The position numbers and the translations under genes are program-made. Below the pieces are notes generated by a model, which was not told the origin of the DNA, did no database searches, and saw only the letters and a list, made by a program, of their open reading frames with translations. DNA of 64,000 nt from Macrostomum lignano (lineage: Eukaryota): assembly GCA_002269645.1 (NCBI GenBank), contig NIVC01000085.1, positions 558,001 through 622,000 of the forward strand. The letters run 5' to 3'. Below are positions 38,451 to 50,529 of the stretch, in pieces (position 1 is the first letter of the stretch; every line of letters starts with the position of its first letter).

Positions 38451-38599
38451 CTGCCCAGCAAAGCTTGCCGATCTAGCGTTGTAAAGTGTTATGATTGAGG
38501 CTCTCGGAGGCTGAGGCTGAGGTTTTCGGATCTGCAGCTCGCAGCTGTTTAATTACATATATTTTCGCTCAATTCTGAGCTGAGATTTTCGAGCTCTCT

Positions 38600-40770
38600 T
38601 TTATACAAACTTGACTTTTTTACGCATGCGCATAGTAGTTCCACTTAGAAAAATAAAGAGCAGCCTGTGCTCAAATTGATATCTATGGCCAAGCCATAAC
38701 ACAGCACGCTTGCTGGTCCTGGTTTTGCTCCTCTCAGTTGCTAGCAACTCAGCCAGGTTCTTCGCCTTCTCCTCGGGCAGCCTCTTGATGCCGGCCACTG
38801 TATCGAACTCGGCACCAAGAAAGGTCATGCGCTTAGTTGATGTCTGACCCTTTGCCCAGTTTACAGTGAAGCTCAGTCGCGTCAACAGGCCCGTCAGCTC
38901 GTCGTAAAACCACTGGGATTCGTCCCGAGAGCCAGCGAAGGCGAAATCGAAAAGGTAGGACTCGGTGCCCACAAAGCCTCTGCGCACCCTCATTAAACGC
39001 ACAGCGTTGCTAAAGATGGTGAAAACAGGTAACAGAAGCCGCAGCGCCAAGCGGCAAACGGGTGTCATGCATTTAGGTGGCTGCCTTGAACTCGCCGAAG
39101 CAGAACTTGATCCCTGTCTGACCGAAATCATCGCTTGAACACCACAGGCGCGGTACGCTTCGCTGAGATCCACCTTAGTCATAAAGCAGCCTCTAGAAAT
39201 CTAGAAAGCTCCCTCGCAAAGTTGTCGGAGCACGTGAAGCGCAGCCTCTCCTGGCTGACCCATCTAGAGTTCACAGAGTTATTCACGGGCCGACTGCAGT
39301 CGTGAATCAGGCACACACGGTCACCAACCTTGGGCAGGGCTCCGAGAGCACTGACCACTTGCGGATGCCAGCCGGTCGGGCACTCGCGATACCTGCCACT
39401 CCCGAGCTCCTTCTTTACCTGCTTTTCTACAGCCTCGAAATGAACATTGACAGAATGGTAGTTGTTAACATCATTTGGCTTTCAGTCAGAAACAGTTTTG
39501 TTAGTTATACGAAAACCATATGCGACACCATCGAGAATAAACTTCTTCTGATCCATTGGTAAATCAATACACATCAGCTCCTTCTCCCACTCCACGAACC
39601 TCAAGTCTGTAGATAAAACGGGGACGTTAAAATAGCTACGGGCACTTAGTCAGTGCGAGGGCCTGGCCGTCTCGATGCCCACTCCATCCCGGTGGACAGC
39701 CGCTTCCGGGTGGCCTAGACCGCACCTCCGGCATTGATGAGCGAACTTGCAGTTTCTTCTGCTGCAACCGGTTTCCTCATTGAAGTCAAAGCACACAGGC
39801 TGCTGGCTCATTTTCGACAGTCTCTCTGAGGCAATCGGTCCTCTCTGTGGTGCCATCAGGTAGGCGGCTACCAGACCCATGTCGGAGGCTCTGGATTGCC
39901 AAGAGGTAGTAGCTGTCTGGCCTATTCTGCACTCGTCGTTGAATCTCATGACGCGGGTCTTCTCAAAACCAAGGTCAAAAAGCTCTCCTGTCCGAATATT
40001 AAAGCGCAGGTAACCTCGGAAACATCAGGGCATCCTCCTTCACCGCTCTTAACTAGAGCTCCATCATCCAGAATCTTCAGCATTATGCGCGCATTACCAG
40101 CAATCCAGTCGCCAAAGGTCAGAGATTCCAACGCTGCCTCCTTCACCTTGTAGACAACTTTGCCTGTCCGTTCAACAGACTGGATGATACCCGCTTCCTG
40201 TTGCTTGCGTTTACAGATGAATTCGGGGATGCGGTAGGTACCATGCGGGATCGCTGGTCTAGCTGACTCACTCCCTGATATCACGTGACGAAACAACTCA
40301 CCATGGTTAGTTGAGGGAGCCCGGTACCGCTGCAATAGGTTAACCTCAGCCTGCAGATCGGCTTCTTCCTTGCGCAGTTTTAGCAGCCGGATACACTGCT
40401 CGACTTCCCGCAGCTCGTCGTCCAGGCCGCCAGCCGCTCCAGACTCTGGTGACACCGTCGCCGCTTCGCTGTCCGCCGCAGCCGCCAGCAGATATTGCAT
40501 GTTCTTCGAGCGAGTCGTCATCGGGGTCAGTGAAGGTCTGCGATCATCGCCGTCCTGTAGTTCTGTTACGCTATCGATGTGTGCGGACAGCGTCTCCAAT
40601 AGCTCCATTTTGTTTCCGTGGGTGGGTAGGCCTAGGCCATGCAACCTCTCGGGCAGTGACTTGACAGTGTCAGTGCCAGTCATGATTGAGTGATTGGCAT
40701 TAGAGTTCAGAAGCGTTGGTATAGAACGCAGGTTCGTTTGACTGTAAATTTTCAATGATGACTGCATTCA
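38600..40770 (-). mobile_element. DIRS/Ngaro-type (tyrosine-recombinase class) retrotransposon relic: gag and RT fragments
   Basis: Gag with a SAP-like motif (LHGLGLPTHGNKMELLE) and C-terminal CFDFNEETGCSRRNCKFAHQCRRCGLGHP; RT KVDLSEAYR and MTFLGAEFDT...RLPEEK. No recombinase remnant was recognised. Confidence 0.7.
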
Positions 40771-42719
40771 GCTAAATAGACACTTGCAGAGTTTGATAAG
40801 CCACAACAAAACCATATTGGAGCACTTCACGGAAAAGTTTCATGCACTTCGCGATGGAAGCTGCGTTCAAGCAAAGCAAATTCATTGAGCTGAGCAATAT
40901 ATAGGTAGCTTGAGCCAAGCTTTGCAAATCTAAACGGACAGTGAATATTTGTGCAGTTTACAATTACCCGAGTGTATTGCACCGTATGCGGGTATTGAAT
41001 TTCGACATTTGCAATAGTTTCCTGAACAATGGTCCGAACACGAGCTCTACTATACCGACCTCGCTGTACAGCAGTAATTTTACTGTGCAGTTTTCCGCGT
41101 CTGCATAGGTGTGATATCCGTGAGGTGGACTTCTAAATATTTTGTCTGACGCAGAAATGTATACACTGTGGCAGAAATATCGCCGCCATACAGCATTCGA
41201 AATGTGAGGTTGACAAGGCTTGACTAGCGCGGGAGTTTCTACAGCGGAAGAGTTGCGGAGTTACGTTGAGAATTCTACTCAAATTCGAAACCACTTTTAA
41301 CTCTAGCTGCTTTGAGTTAAACCCAACGTCGTTTCAAGCATCGCAAGAAACATTGAAGAGTCCAAAGTTATCAGTAAAGTCAAATGAAATAGACTGTATA
41401 GATGACGCAAAACTGTGCACGTGACCTGCTGTGTTCCAGTTCCAAACAGCGAAAACAACTCTTTCGAATGTGACATTCGTATGAATTGCAGACCCAGATG
41501 ACCAAAAAAACTAAAGTTGAACAGTTAAAGTAAAATCTAGAATGTAGTCATATTTGCGAAGGGCGGCTGCAGCTAAAACCATATTTGTTCTATGCAAGCA
41601 TAACTATTTTCTTTCCGAAGCGTATGCTCGTGTTTGAGATGAAGGAGAGACAGTGGAGGCGCTCGCTTCACTTTTCTCTCACCTGCATCTCCGGGCCCAA
41701 AGGCAAGGCCATTGCCTCAGCTGGGCTGCAGACCACAGCAGCCTTGGCCCAGAAAAACCGTGCTTCGAGTTCACTTCTTTGTTATCTGACGTGAGCAGAA
41801 GGTGCAGGCAGGACGCAAAATCCTACCTGTTACAAAACAGACTCGATATAAGAATCACATGAGCCAGTTAACAGTTCTGAGTACAGCAGACACAGCATTG
41901 GACATACACACTTTGACACGCTGAACAAGTTCTGAAGCGTCAAAGTCGCGTATCGGGTGAGTCCATGTCGCTGCTCAGCCCGTCACAATCGGCAAGAAAT
42001 AACTGAAACGCAAAGTTTGTGCAATTTGCCACAGCTGGCGCGTGCTCTACTGGAACTCCAAACTGCAGAGAAATCGAGTGTTTGACTACAAGCAAGCAAT
42101 TTTGCGAGCAAACTGTCATCTTCTATATACTAATTTTGCGCTGTATTCGTGCGTGCGTTCGTGTAATTGATTTTTTCGAGAATGGCTCAACCGATTCTCT
42201 TCAAACTTGCACCATTCGATCAGAAATTTTCCTGGGATGGTGCATGCATCTTGGCTAAGAAATTGATCAATATTAAAGGGATTAAATATTCGAAAAACAT
42301 TATTTTCTGCAAAGGTCAAGCAGCTCTTTCGACCTGAAATGCATTGTAAGAATGCTAGAGAAAAACCTGACTGACTGAATTTCAATTCTGATAAAGATTG
42401 CATCACAGCAAGTTGAAAACAGTGCCAAAGAAATGCACACACGACTTGATTTAAATTGCGTAACCAATATTGCTAACTTGAATTGAGACTGATGCTGGCT
42501 GACTGAGAAATTGATTATGTCATAACTTTTTACTCTAACCGATTTGCTATAAGAATTGAATTATAAGGGTCACAATCCATGTTCTCCAATCGACAAGAGA
42601 TAGCATAGATGCGAACAGACTAAACTGCTAATTCAGCGACCTGGGTTCGGATCTTAGTAGTGCAAAATAATTTTTTTATTAAAACATCTTAAAAACAAAA
42701 TGCTAAACATAAAAGAAGC

Positions 42720-43130
42720 ACAATGTCAAACAAAAGTGGCACCATTTCAAACATTAAAGGCCACCATGTCAAACATTAAAGAGCCACCATGTCAAACATT
42801 AAAGAGCCACCATGTCAAACATTAAAGAGCCACCATGTCAAACACAAAACAGCTACCATGTCAAACATAAATGAGGTGCCTACTATCTTGGAGTGCTTGC
42901 TATCTGGAGATGCGTGCTATCTGGGGGTGCTTGCTATCTGGGGGTGCTTGCTATCTGGGGGTGCTTGCTATCTGGAGATGCTTGCTATCTAATGGTGCTT
43001 GCTATTAGGTGGATGCTTGCTATCTGGGGGTGCTTGCTTTCTAAGGGTGCTTGCTATTAGGTGGATGCTTGCTATCTGGGGTGCCTGCTATCTGGGGGTG
43101 CTTGCTATCTGGGGGTTGCTTGCTGTCCTG
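42720..43130. repeat. Two adjacent short minisatellites (CCACCATGTCAAACATTAAAGAG; GGTGCTTGCTATCTGGGG)
   Basis: Read directly; degenerate. Confidence 0.85.
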
Positions 43131-44129
43131 GGATGTTTTCGTTTTGCATTGCACTTCATTTGAGCAGCCGGATGATATCGAGGCATCGGCTTCCAGATAG
43201 GCAGGGCATGATTCTACGACGTGAATTTTGAACTGCGCCGCATTTGGTGCCTCTGCACTAATGAAAAAATTATATTTGGTTGTATTGTTCATGGAAAGCC
43301 ACTGAATTCACTTTGGGCTTGAGACGTAGCTGCCATCATGCTTGACAAGATACTGAGCCTGTGCTGACGAGCTTCTAATTGCTATTTTAACCTTTGCGAA
43401 ATAAGGGTTTGTTTAAACAACTCAAAAATATCTACCAAAGCCCTCTGGTTTGAATTGAAATTTAGCTGGACATTCTAACCGGGCTTGCAGCAACCTCTGT
43501 GCCGTCTGTATGATTCATCAGAGGCGAGCCGAAGTTCGGTTGCCCTGCCATGCTTTGCAGACTGTGTGATTCGAGAGAGTGCAGCTGGCACCAGAAAAAA
43601 CAGCTGGCACCAGAAAAAACAGTCAGAGTCGCATACAGCAGCTGAAAATAGTAGAGATCACGATTGATTGGTCTGACGGGCTTGCTTGCAGAAAATAATA
43701 TTTCTGTTAGCTGTAAAAGTCTCAATTGGAGACATACCCTTTTCACTAGTCCATTGCATGATAGCTCGACCGAGCTATCAGCAGATACAGTCGTTCCAGA
43801 TTCGGATATTTCCAGCGCTGCAGAATCGCTCGCAAACCACCATCCGCTGCCAGCAGCGATTGCTGCGTCCACCCTGTCGCCAAAGCAGGCTGAGAAGCTG
43901 CTGCCATTCGGTGCCGGAAATGCAGAGCCATTAAAGTCGCCTCCGTCATAGTCAGAAACGCTAGACATGAAGCTATCAACTTTATGAATCACTCTGAAGC
44001 TCAATCATTTGTGAACCGTTCTTGAGCCAGGCGTCGATTCTGAGACGCCACTGAGACATCAGAGACACAGGCAAAATGGCAGAGTCCAGTCCACGGTGAG
44101 TTGGAATCAACTCGCTGACTTTGCCGTTT

Positions 44130-44560
44130 CAGAAGCCGTCAGGGTATCTCAAAAGTGATTGCTTGATTTGAAAGTCTGTGTCAAAATTCTCATACACGAC
44201 AGGCCAGTTCTCAAAGTAGCGAATGCTGAGGTTGGTTTTGTTGAAGCAATTGAACGCCTCCAGATCCAGAGCGCATCCGATAAGCTCAACTTTGAAGGCC
44301 GCATGAGGTGGAAAAGCTCTGATGTGGCGAGTGACAGTGATTCGACAAAAAACTTTAGCAGGTAAGAAGACTGAGCCTGAGAATCCAGCGGAGATTGCTA
44401 AATGTTTGATAATCCTGGGCGAGTGAATTGCTAAAAATGAACCATATACTCGCCATACACTGGAAATTTCCTGTCTTCAATTTTTATTGTCAGCTCCGTG
44501 AAATCTGTCAAGTTGTCTTTTAGGTTGTCCAGAGGCATCAGTAACTTGAATATCAAAGCC
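44130..44560 (-). pseudogene. Possible BTB/POZ-domain gene remnant
   Basis: A manual minus-strand translation gives DFTELTIKIEDRKFPVYGEYM, resembling the BTB N-terminal strand motif, followed by in-frame stops. Confidence 0.35.
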
Positions 44561-46099
44561 CAAAACGGACAGAGGCACTGTTCTGCCGTTATGCTGCGGC
44601 GATAAAAAGTTGCAGCTATTCAGTTTTATTCCTTGGCTGTTCTTTTGATCTCAAGCTTCTGGTACGGACTCTGGTATCTTGCTCAATATATCGCTCCTCA
44701 TATGAAATGAGAAACATAAACTCTGTTACTTACTTATTTGGCCATAGACACTTAGACTTAACCACGAGTAAGCGCGCAAGGCATGTTCATGTCTACTTGT
44801 AGTGCAAAGCCGCCACCAAACTGCCCGTGCAAAAAATAATCTGGCGTCAAGGGTAAGCTCTATTCGCCGTCTGGTAGGTCAGCGGCCGCGAGTTGATAAG
44901 CTTTTCGGCTCCTGAGAATGGAATTCCTCATTGTTGAAGTCACCATCGCCTAAGATTGCATGCACTGCCCTTTTAGCAGCACGGATCATCACTTCGTGTG
45001 ATGTATTCCTTATAACCAGACTTTCTCTGTAATCAAGGAAAAATCACTTCTAGCTACTTTGCTAGGCAACACAGTTATCAACTGAAGGTATTGCTTACCT
45101 TGACTTCTTAGGAGATATCTCTTCTTGTTGTTCTCTCTGTAGATCTCGTAGTAGATCAGTAGATCTCGTCTCTTGTCTTCCGGAAGCATCACAGACTTGA
45201 ATCTGTTGCTCGGGTCCTGTTTCCTTTTGTACTTCCGATGAAGTCACTTCCGGCCGGTATAAACTATGGGTATCCTGCGCGAAACAGCGGTTTCTCCTTA
45301 GCCGTCTCCTTCTAGTAGTGCCGCTATGCACTCTAGGTAATGCTCCGGTAATCTCTAATAGATCCTCTAAGATCTACTAGGGTAGTCCTTCGGGCGATTA
45401 CAGCCAATGGATTCTCAAATGGACTGAAGAGTCTCAACAGACTAACACTATAACAATAGTGAGTCGACTCAACAACTGGCGCAAATGAGAAAGGCTTACC
45501 GCAACACTCGACCGAGTCTCGATTGACTAGGCGATTAGGAAGTCCTTCTAAGGCTTCTTCTTCAGAGCGCTCCTCTTCCGTGGGGAGTATGGCTCCGGTA
45601 CCGCTTTGGACCGCTTGCATTTATAGACATTTTTGCCAGCCAAAAATAGCAACATGACTCATGTGTTGCGCTAAAAATAGTAACATGATTCATCCTGCTG
45701 CTATAAATAGTAACATGATTCATCTGCTATATTTAGTAACATTAATCATCCGTAAGGTTTAGGTGCGCATGCATGCATTTGCTTACTTATAGTAGTATTC
45801 TATGATTTCTAATTCCTTGCGTGGGAGGTATATAACACTTTACACGTGCCCACCCAAAAATGTGAAGCAGCTGTTTGCTGCTTCACATTTAAAGTACCAA
45901 GTACCAAATGATTCTGCGCTCCGTAGCTGCGTTTTGGACCATGTCCTTTGGTATTTTGGTCAATGCTTTCAGCTTCTGTCTCCCTTTAATGAAGTTGCCG
46001 CCGTTGTCCGAAAAGACCCCCCTCGGTACTCCTCACCTATTGGTTATGTGAAAAAAACATTTAAGAATGCGTCCATATCCAGACTGTAAGCCGAATTCA

Positions 46100-47600
46100 G
46101 GTCCACCGCTCGAGTCTCCAGACAGGTAAACAGCGCTAAATATCCTTTCTTGACGCTACTTTTCTCGTCCTTGTACAGTCACAAAACCGAGAGCTGTATA
46201 AATGAAGGCGCTAAAATTGCCCTTTAACCGAACCGCTGGTAACGCTGCCATTTGCTGAACCTCTGGTCGAGCCGGCTGTCGCTTACATATATTTCCGTCC
46301 TCCACTCTGGAATCGCTTCGCTCCCACCGATCAACCAAAACTTCTCAGACATCAACGATAAGGTTCCGCCTTGATTGGTTCCGCCTTGCTCTTCGTGATA
46401 CTGTTACGAGTATCTTGGTGACCCTTGTGACTCTAACTCCTTCGAGGCTCGCGCTTGGGATGGCGAGTATGGTATGGTATGAAATATTTTGCTATCTTGT
46501 TGATGCGAAGACCAGCCACAAATCAGTCCCATAGCGCTTCTACGAGCATAGAGGGAATCTACGAAATTCACTTCTGTCGGCTTGCGCTCTCAATCAGTTT
46601 ACGAAGTTTGCCACAGACTCATGATATTCTTGCTGCATCAGATTGAACTCATAGCGCACCGCAACACTTGAGCTTCTTCTTGGGTGGTAAAATGATTTTC
46701 TCAATTGCCGTCTTCAATTCTTCAAAGAGCTCGCTGTATGACTTATCAGGTGACATCAGATAAAGATAAGATCTTACTCTTGTAAAAAATAACTCATATA
46801 TACGCATGGGGAAACCGCAGAGCACACTTTCTTCTTGTTGGAACGGCGAGACCACAGGGACTTAGATTGGCCGTCCAAAAACTACTCGACTGGGCTTTTT
46901 TCACGAGCGTGCGACAAACTCGGTGGTGCAGCAGAAATCTGTAAAAACGGGATGAACTCTGCAGGGTGCGCTTGACAGTTTGCAGGGCCGTTTGGCGGCT
47001 CCATTAGCCTGGGGGTAGTAGGTTGGCGATTTGAGTTTGCAAACCCCATTTTCATGCAGCCAATGGAGTGTTGTTAGAGACCAACAATTCAGGGATTCCG
47101 AAGTGATTGGATGCGGTTTGATGCGATGACATTAAAGATTTTGACGAGCCATCTTTGCATGGAAACGCTTCAATTTATCCTGCGAAAATATCGCTGATCA
47201 TCAATGTTTCCGGGGCGTTGTACAAAGGCCCAATCCATGTGTAGTTTTTGGAAAGCGTACTCGGCAGATGGCCATGCGTCCATGCATCGCGTTCTTGTAA
47301 TGGTCTTGTTTGCAATGAATTGCAGGTCGTATAGTCACGGACGAAGCGTTACTGGCCACCAGCAGAACAGGCCGTGTAATTGTAGGCTAAGATGTAGCCT
47401 GAGTGTGTGCAGTGCGGAATGCCTCGTCTCTCCAGAGAAATTGCTCACTGGCGCAAAGAGTGACGACTTTTCAATGTTGCTGAGTATACTTCAAGTCTGT
47501 CGTCCGGTAAAATTCCAAAAGCAGAGACTCAAAAACCCAGAAAAGATATTTCGTCACACTCCGCAATGCGTTTATCATTGTTGATAGTGACATTCTTTTC
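46100..47600 (-). mobile_element. Gypsy relics (integrase at about 47300-46900, gag at about 46850-46500)
   Basis: KLHMDWAF, HFGIPELLVSNN and YYPQANGAA (integrase); YSELFEELKTAIEK and QEYHESVANFV (gag). Gag lies downstream of integrase, which implies two fragments. Confidence 0.6.
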
Positions 47601-48129
47601 ACACAGTCTGGCATTTACGGCCTGTAGCGGTTTGCTGCGTGAGGTCAAGTTTTCAGCAGTTATCTTATTAAACGAGTACGCTTTTAAGTTCATGAAGGAT
47701 GTTGTACTTTAAGTTATTTTCTTGACTTATATCAACTGTTTAAGTTTTCGGTATCAAGTGAAGGCAGATAACTCTAGCGAGTGCGGGTACAGACGAAAGC
47801 CTGGGAGCAAGAATGCTCCCCTACCATTTCTTTTTATGGGATAGCCAACAATAAAAATGACATGAAATTTCGAAGTATATATTGATTTTTGAGACCTTAG
47901 TGAGATCCCAGCCCTGTGACCAAAGCCCTTCTACGAAACGGAAATAATCTCGGATGTCGAGCAGTTTTCAGCTTCAACCGCCATGTTAGTCAGATGAAAG
48001 TGCTTCTTGAATTGAGTGGTCCATCGACTCGACTGCGAAGTATGCACACTTTAATCGTCACTTGGGATCTCTGGGCATTCTGTAACTCAGGTTTGGAAAA
48101 TCGCGCTTTTTCAAACTAGAACCAATGGG

Positions 48130-48350
48130 AAAGCCCAGGATATCGATCTGCACCAATGGCAAAAACTCGAGCACTGAGCACTCTTGAATGGCGTCACCGG
48201 TTGCTAGGTAGCCGATCAGCTCAAACTTTACCGACAAGCAGCCTGGGTTCTCGACTCCGTAAGTGTAAGTGAAGACCTATCAGCGATTTAAAGTTTCCCG
48301 TCACAACAGTGTCGCACTGGTCTGGATAGTCTAGTTTTCCGAAAGGGTCT
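48130..48350 (-). mobile_element. Possible PIF/Harbinger transposase fragment
   Basis: Only the short motif LIGYLATGD (compare LRYLATG). Confidence 0.3.
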
Positions 48351-50278
48351 TTAATTGCAAAGGCTCTTGCTTAGAAAAATTAATAAAGCAGAAAATTAAG
48401 CTTTCTGCTCCGAGTATTTTATTTCAACTCTACAGCTCACTGCATTAAAAAAGTATACTGCAGCCTATTTGTAGAGTTAAATAAAAGCTATTGAAGCTTT
48501 GCAGGGCGATCCAGCAGTACTTGTTACACAATCAAAAGTCTCGAAAGAGACCATAAACAACTCGGTGTATCTGGGTTCCTGATCGAAAAAAAACTGGCGC
48601 CGTTGATTCCAGGCGTCGTTGAAACGAAAACCAATGCCATATTTACGATATTTTAGCTTTATCTGAAAACTTCAAATCAGTTCAGCAGTCACTCAGACTC
48701 TCTTTCCAATGAGAATGAACTCCAGCGGTCGTCATTTAGTTTTAAGTGAAGGGTAGACTCGTTGAATTTATTGGTCCACATTCTGGGTTGCAATGAGTCA
48801 CTGCTACAGTTTTCTGAACTGGAAACTATATGATGCCAATAAGTGTATTAAGTGTGTTTCACCGAATAATTTGCACATCTTGGCGGGTTCCCGAGCAGCT
48901 CGAGCCGAATCGAGGTGGTACTGAAGGCCTAAACTGGCTCCAGGAGAACAGCAACGGCTATAAACGGCCTTTAGAGAATATATCTATGTGGAAATTCTTC
49001 GTTGAAGCTGTTGCTAAACTCAGTCTAAAAGCAAATCAGTTTTAGAGCAAATAACCTCTAGCTTAACTGCTAAATTAAAAAAGTACAATGCATTAGAGCT
49101 GTAGAAACACAATCAGGAAATACTCGTATGAGCAGTTGACAAAGTCTCCAGGTCTGCTCCGAAAATAGGTCAGCTTCAGAACGCTGATGTAGGCGTTCCT
49201 GCCCACACAAGAGTCCAACACTCCCGAGCCCTGCAGCACCAGCTCGATCGCTCTGTGAGCCATATCGAGCCACACCAGCCAGTAGCTGAATAGAAGCATC
49301 AGATAAAACTATTCGAGAATCTCATCAAGTACCTAAACCAACGTGGCTACTTAAAGCAAATTTACCTGCTAGATCGAGTTGAACAGCCGGGGCAGTCTAA
49401 AGGGGCTGGAGGCCTTTTAAGCGTCGCCCTGAAAGGTGCCACGTATACACAAGGCATGACGCAATGTGGGCTTCGGTCGACGGTGAGTTGGTTAACTGAA
49501 ACTACCGCAGTCTCCAGCTCCAGCGATGAGGCAGCCCACTGATTTCCATCTGAAAAAATATCTCGTCATTTATTACATAAAATCAGCGATGATTTGATAG
49601 AGATATTCAGTATTGCGAGGCACTTTTTAATACATCGACGGTTATCTAAGCGTGCCTATCTATACATGTTGAGTTCTTTTTTTAGGGAGTCGGCGGAAAG
49701 CATAAATATTTGCAAAACAACATGTAAATTACACCCATAAAGGGTAGCAGTACCGCTCATTTCGGCCGGCCTGATCTGTCCAAGGTACCTGTGGCACCGA
49801 CGGCGGCTCTAGCTGGCAGACCACATCATCCACACCGGGTCGCACTGCCCACAATTGGTGCAGGAGATGCTGCTCCTGACGCCGCAGTGAAACAGGCAGT
49901 GAAACTCACCACAGAGGTTTAATCAGCCTGATGTGATTCATCATGAAGCCGCTGGTCCAGGTTTCGATGACTCTAGCCCATAAATTGCTGCCATTGCTTA
50001 CTTAACCGGATAAATGCAGGTCCTCTGTCTCTGCTCTCCAGCATGTCAACCATGAATATTCTCCGAATAAAAAAACGTCACCGAGGCTCGCTTGTCACCA
50101 GTGAAATGGCTGATCGGCGATAAGAGTTTCTGCGATTTCTAGCGACGTCTGTCATCCTCATCGTTAGTGCAGTCTCTATCTGTTGCTAAGCCTGACGCTG
50201 TGGTGGTGGTGGTGATTCTCGGCAAGACTACTCTGGGGTTCGCGTCTGCGCCCCTATCCCCCAGAGGTAGTTGTGATA

Positions 50279-50443
50279 TGTAAAGACTTCACTTTAGATT
50301 GTAGAACGTACATGAGTAAGAGAGTACATCAAGATATTGTAGAAAGGCGCACAGAGCGAAACAGGTAAAAACACCACCCCCAAACACTGAATAAAGTACA
50401 AGCTAACATCACTAACAAAAATCAACCCAGCCAAGTCACCACA
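50279..50443 (-). repeat. 3' LTR
   Basis: TGT...ACA; adjoins the PPT at 50444-50452. Confidence 0.96.
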
Positions 50444-50529
50444 CTCCTCCCCACGAAGATTAAGCGTTGGATTAAAACGGGAATAAAAGACGCAAATCAA
50501 TTCACAGTCCATAGAAGAACAGTTCAGAG

